A DNA stretch of 64,000 nt from Ranitomeya imitator. Its lineage: Eukaryota. The DNA is taken from positions 1,025,356,001 through 1,025,420,000 of the forward strand of contig NC_091282.1 of the NCBI RefSeq assembly GCF_032444005.1. Reading direction: 5' to 3'. Shown here piece by piece: positions 62,157-64,000 of the stretch. How positions within the stretch are numbered: position 1 is the first letter of the stretch; every line of letters begins with the position of its first letter. The translations under genes and the position numbers were made by a program. Under the pieces are notes generated by a model. The model was not told the DNA's origin and did no database searches. It saw only the letters and a program-made list of their open reading frames with translations.

Positions 62157-62529
62157 AGGTATGTGCACACATTGTGCTTTTCCGGTGGATTCCGCTTGAA
62201 ACCCGCCTGAACAAGCGCTGCGAAAACTGACGCAAAAAGTGAACATAATGAACACCGATGTAAAAATTATATTGCTGTTCAGTCTTTTGTTACTTCTTTT
62301 AACCGCTTCAAGGTTCAGAAACTGGTTAGTGGTTAGTTAAAAGGAAGTAAAATGTTCATTCTTCGGGTGGAAACTGCTCCCAAGTTATAGTTTAATGAAT
62401 AGAAAAATGAAAAAAACTACTGCAAATCTGTCAGCAAAGCCGCATCAGGTAAAATACTGCCATCTTTTTCCTAAAACGGATTTGCCTAGGTATACCTCAG
62501 TGTCTAAAAGATGTTGTGTGCACGTAGCC
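62157..62529. mobile_element. Degenerate Harbinger-type MITE
   Basis: AGGTATGTGCACAC / GTGTGCACGTAGCC; CAA on both sides. Confidence 0.55.
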
Positions 62530-62924
62530 CAACAGTAGGAGACTTCTAGTAGCTCAGTAGTTATGTCACACTCAACAACATGGTAACATGGTGTGCCTAA
62601 AGGGAACTTGTCATCTGATTCATGCTGCCCAAACGTGGGCATAGAAGAAGTTTTAGGAACGTTTCCCAGATCTGCTTTTTAGGAGAAGCTGGCGATACCA
62701 AATATTGCAAAACCATGTATTTTTGCTACTCTTTAACTCACCAGACAACCTGTTTAAAAACAATTACAAAAATACTTGCTGTATGGCAAAGAAAGAAAAA
62801 CACAAAGAACAAAAATGGAATACTCAGAGGAGCAGCAGGAATTAAATAGGAGCAAAAACTGGTCACTTATGACCTGGTGACAGGTCCTCTGTAAATGGTG
62901 TAAAGGCTGGTACTGACATCTCAC

Positions 62925-63051
62925 CTTCAGAAAATGCAACATCTGTTCCTTCACCAAATCCCATTGAGCCATCCGATAACCACAGTTCTTTCTTGGACAG
63001 TAAAAACATTAGCGTATTCAGACTGAACTCTGTGGACACGGGATCACTGAC
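62925..63051 (-). CDS. frem2/frem3: FREM2/FREM3-family exon (127 bp); gene continues beyond 64000
   Basis: TTGCAG|GTC..GAAG|GTGAGA; [42 protein letters not shown](G); phase 0-1, joins the 52797 exon. Confidence 0.94.
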
Positions 63052-64000
63052 CTGCAATACACCAGTATGTGACGTAGATGTGTGTTTGCATTTCTAAACA
63101 ATATCATACATTTAACCTACCAACATATACTATTTAGGCTGCGAGCTGCCCCTTACCTGCTGAAACCTTATATCGATGTCAAATGTGATAGGCTCACGAG
63201 GGTTGCATATAGGAGGTACGGTATATTCTTGGTTGGGAGATGCACTACAAGTAATAAGCTTTACAGTGTATGTTCCCGAGTAATCACGTACCTAAAAAAC
63301 AGAGAAACCACAATTTAAAAATATAGAACATGAATAATAAAGTATATGAGTAACATAATTATATACAGAAAACAAAAAAAAAGCACAGTATAACCAAAAA
63401 CACTGTTGCAAAAAAGATCACAGTAGACAGCAAGTGCTAGTAAAAAGATGGAAAAAAACTGGGTATTTGGTTGATACGTTTTTTGCAAAAAATGTATATT
63501 AAGCCGCTCTACCAAACGTCAAGGTATACCCAAATCAGAGCAGTCCTAACTAATGTATGTAATCCCTATTTGATGTATTTAAAACCTGGTCATATGTACA
63601 ATACCTGTATGAGCAGGATCCTGCTAACAATGATATAAACTGCCATACTACAACCGTAGGGTGAATGCAGTAAATGCCCCTATTCATTGCTCCACACATA
63701 AAGTCATATACAGCTATCAATGTTGTGCCGTCTCCTACAGACAGGGTGACTGCAGCTTGACTTCCGGCTGGACTACTTGTGGACTGAGGGTGGTTACAGA
63801 AGTATGGAAGACTGTGTCAGGGAAAAACACGCTCTTTCTCCTCTGTATAATATAACAGGTGCGCTTTGGTGTATTGCAAATGTATTTCAAGTGCACAGAA
63901 TATCAGGAGCACTAATGTGAATGTTGTAATATGAATCATTTTATAGACTGTTTTAACTACTGCTGTTGTGGAAGACTCACATGTGCTTTGATAAAGGTGC

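Noticed and set aside
63474-63497. 24-bp palindrome in a possible repeat remnant
   Set aside because: Mostly T6/A6 runs; low information, with no associated termini identifiable.

Overview
Eukaryotic, TE-saturated genomic DNA from an anuran amphibian (repeat families resemble those of dendrobatid poison frogs; this is inference), with two assembly gaps. No rRNA, tRNA or CRISPR. Host genes: (1) the last four coding exons of a FREM2/FREM3-family gene on the minus strand (63051 to 48690), ending in a furin site, TM helix and PDZ-binding DSSEV; (2) a candidate promoter plus first exon of an unidentified Lys/Arg-rich protein on the minus strand (15056 to 14723). Mobile DNA: an apparently intact LINE-1 (1-5213, minus) whose ORF2 is open to the window edge and is missing from the ORF track; two full-length chromodomain Ty3/Gypsy elements; three defective full-length and two deleted Tc1 elements; a non-autonomous Helitron; and many hAT, Harbinger and TTAA (T2/Kolobok-like, piggyBac-like) MITEs, often nested 3-4 deep. 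The most notable signals are: (a) the Gypsy primer-binding sites are not tRNA-complementary but pair with the LTR transcript start, with a compensatory base change between the two families (Tf1/sushi-type self-priming); (b) a recurring head-to-head inverted insertion architecture with 13-15 bp TSDs, typical of Penelope-like elements, with three CpG-decayed hammerhead ribozyme relics; (c) a Harbinger MITE carrying inverted telomere-like arrays.
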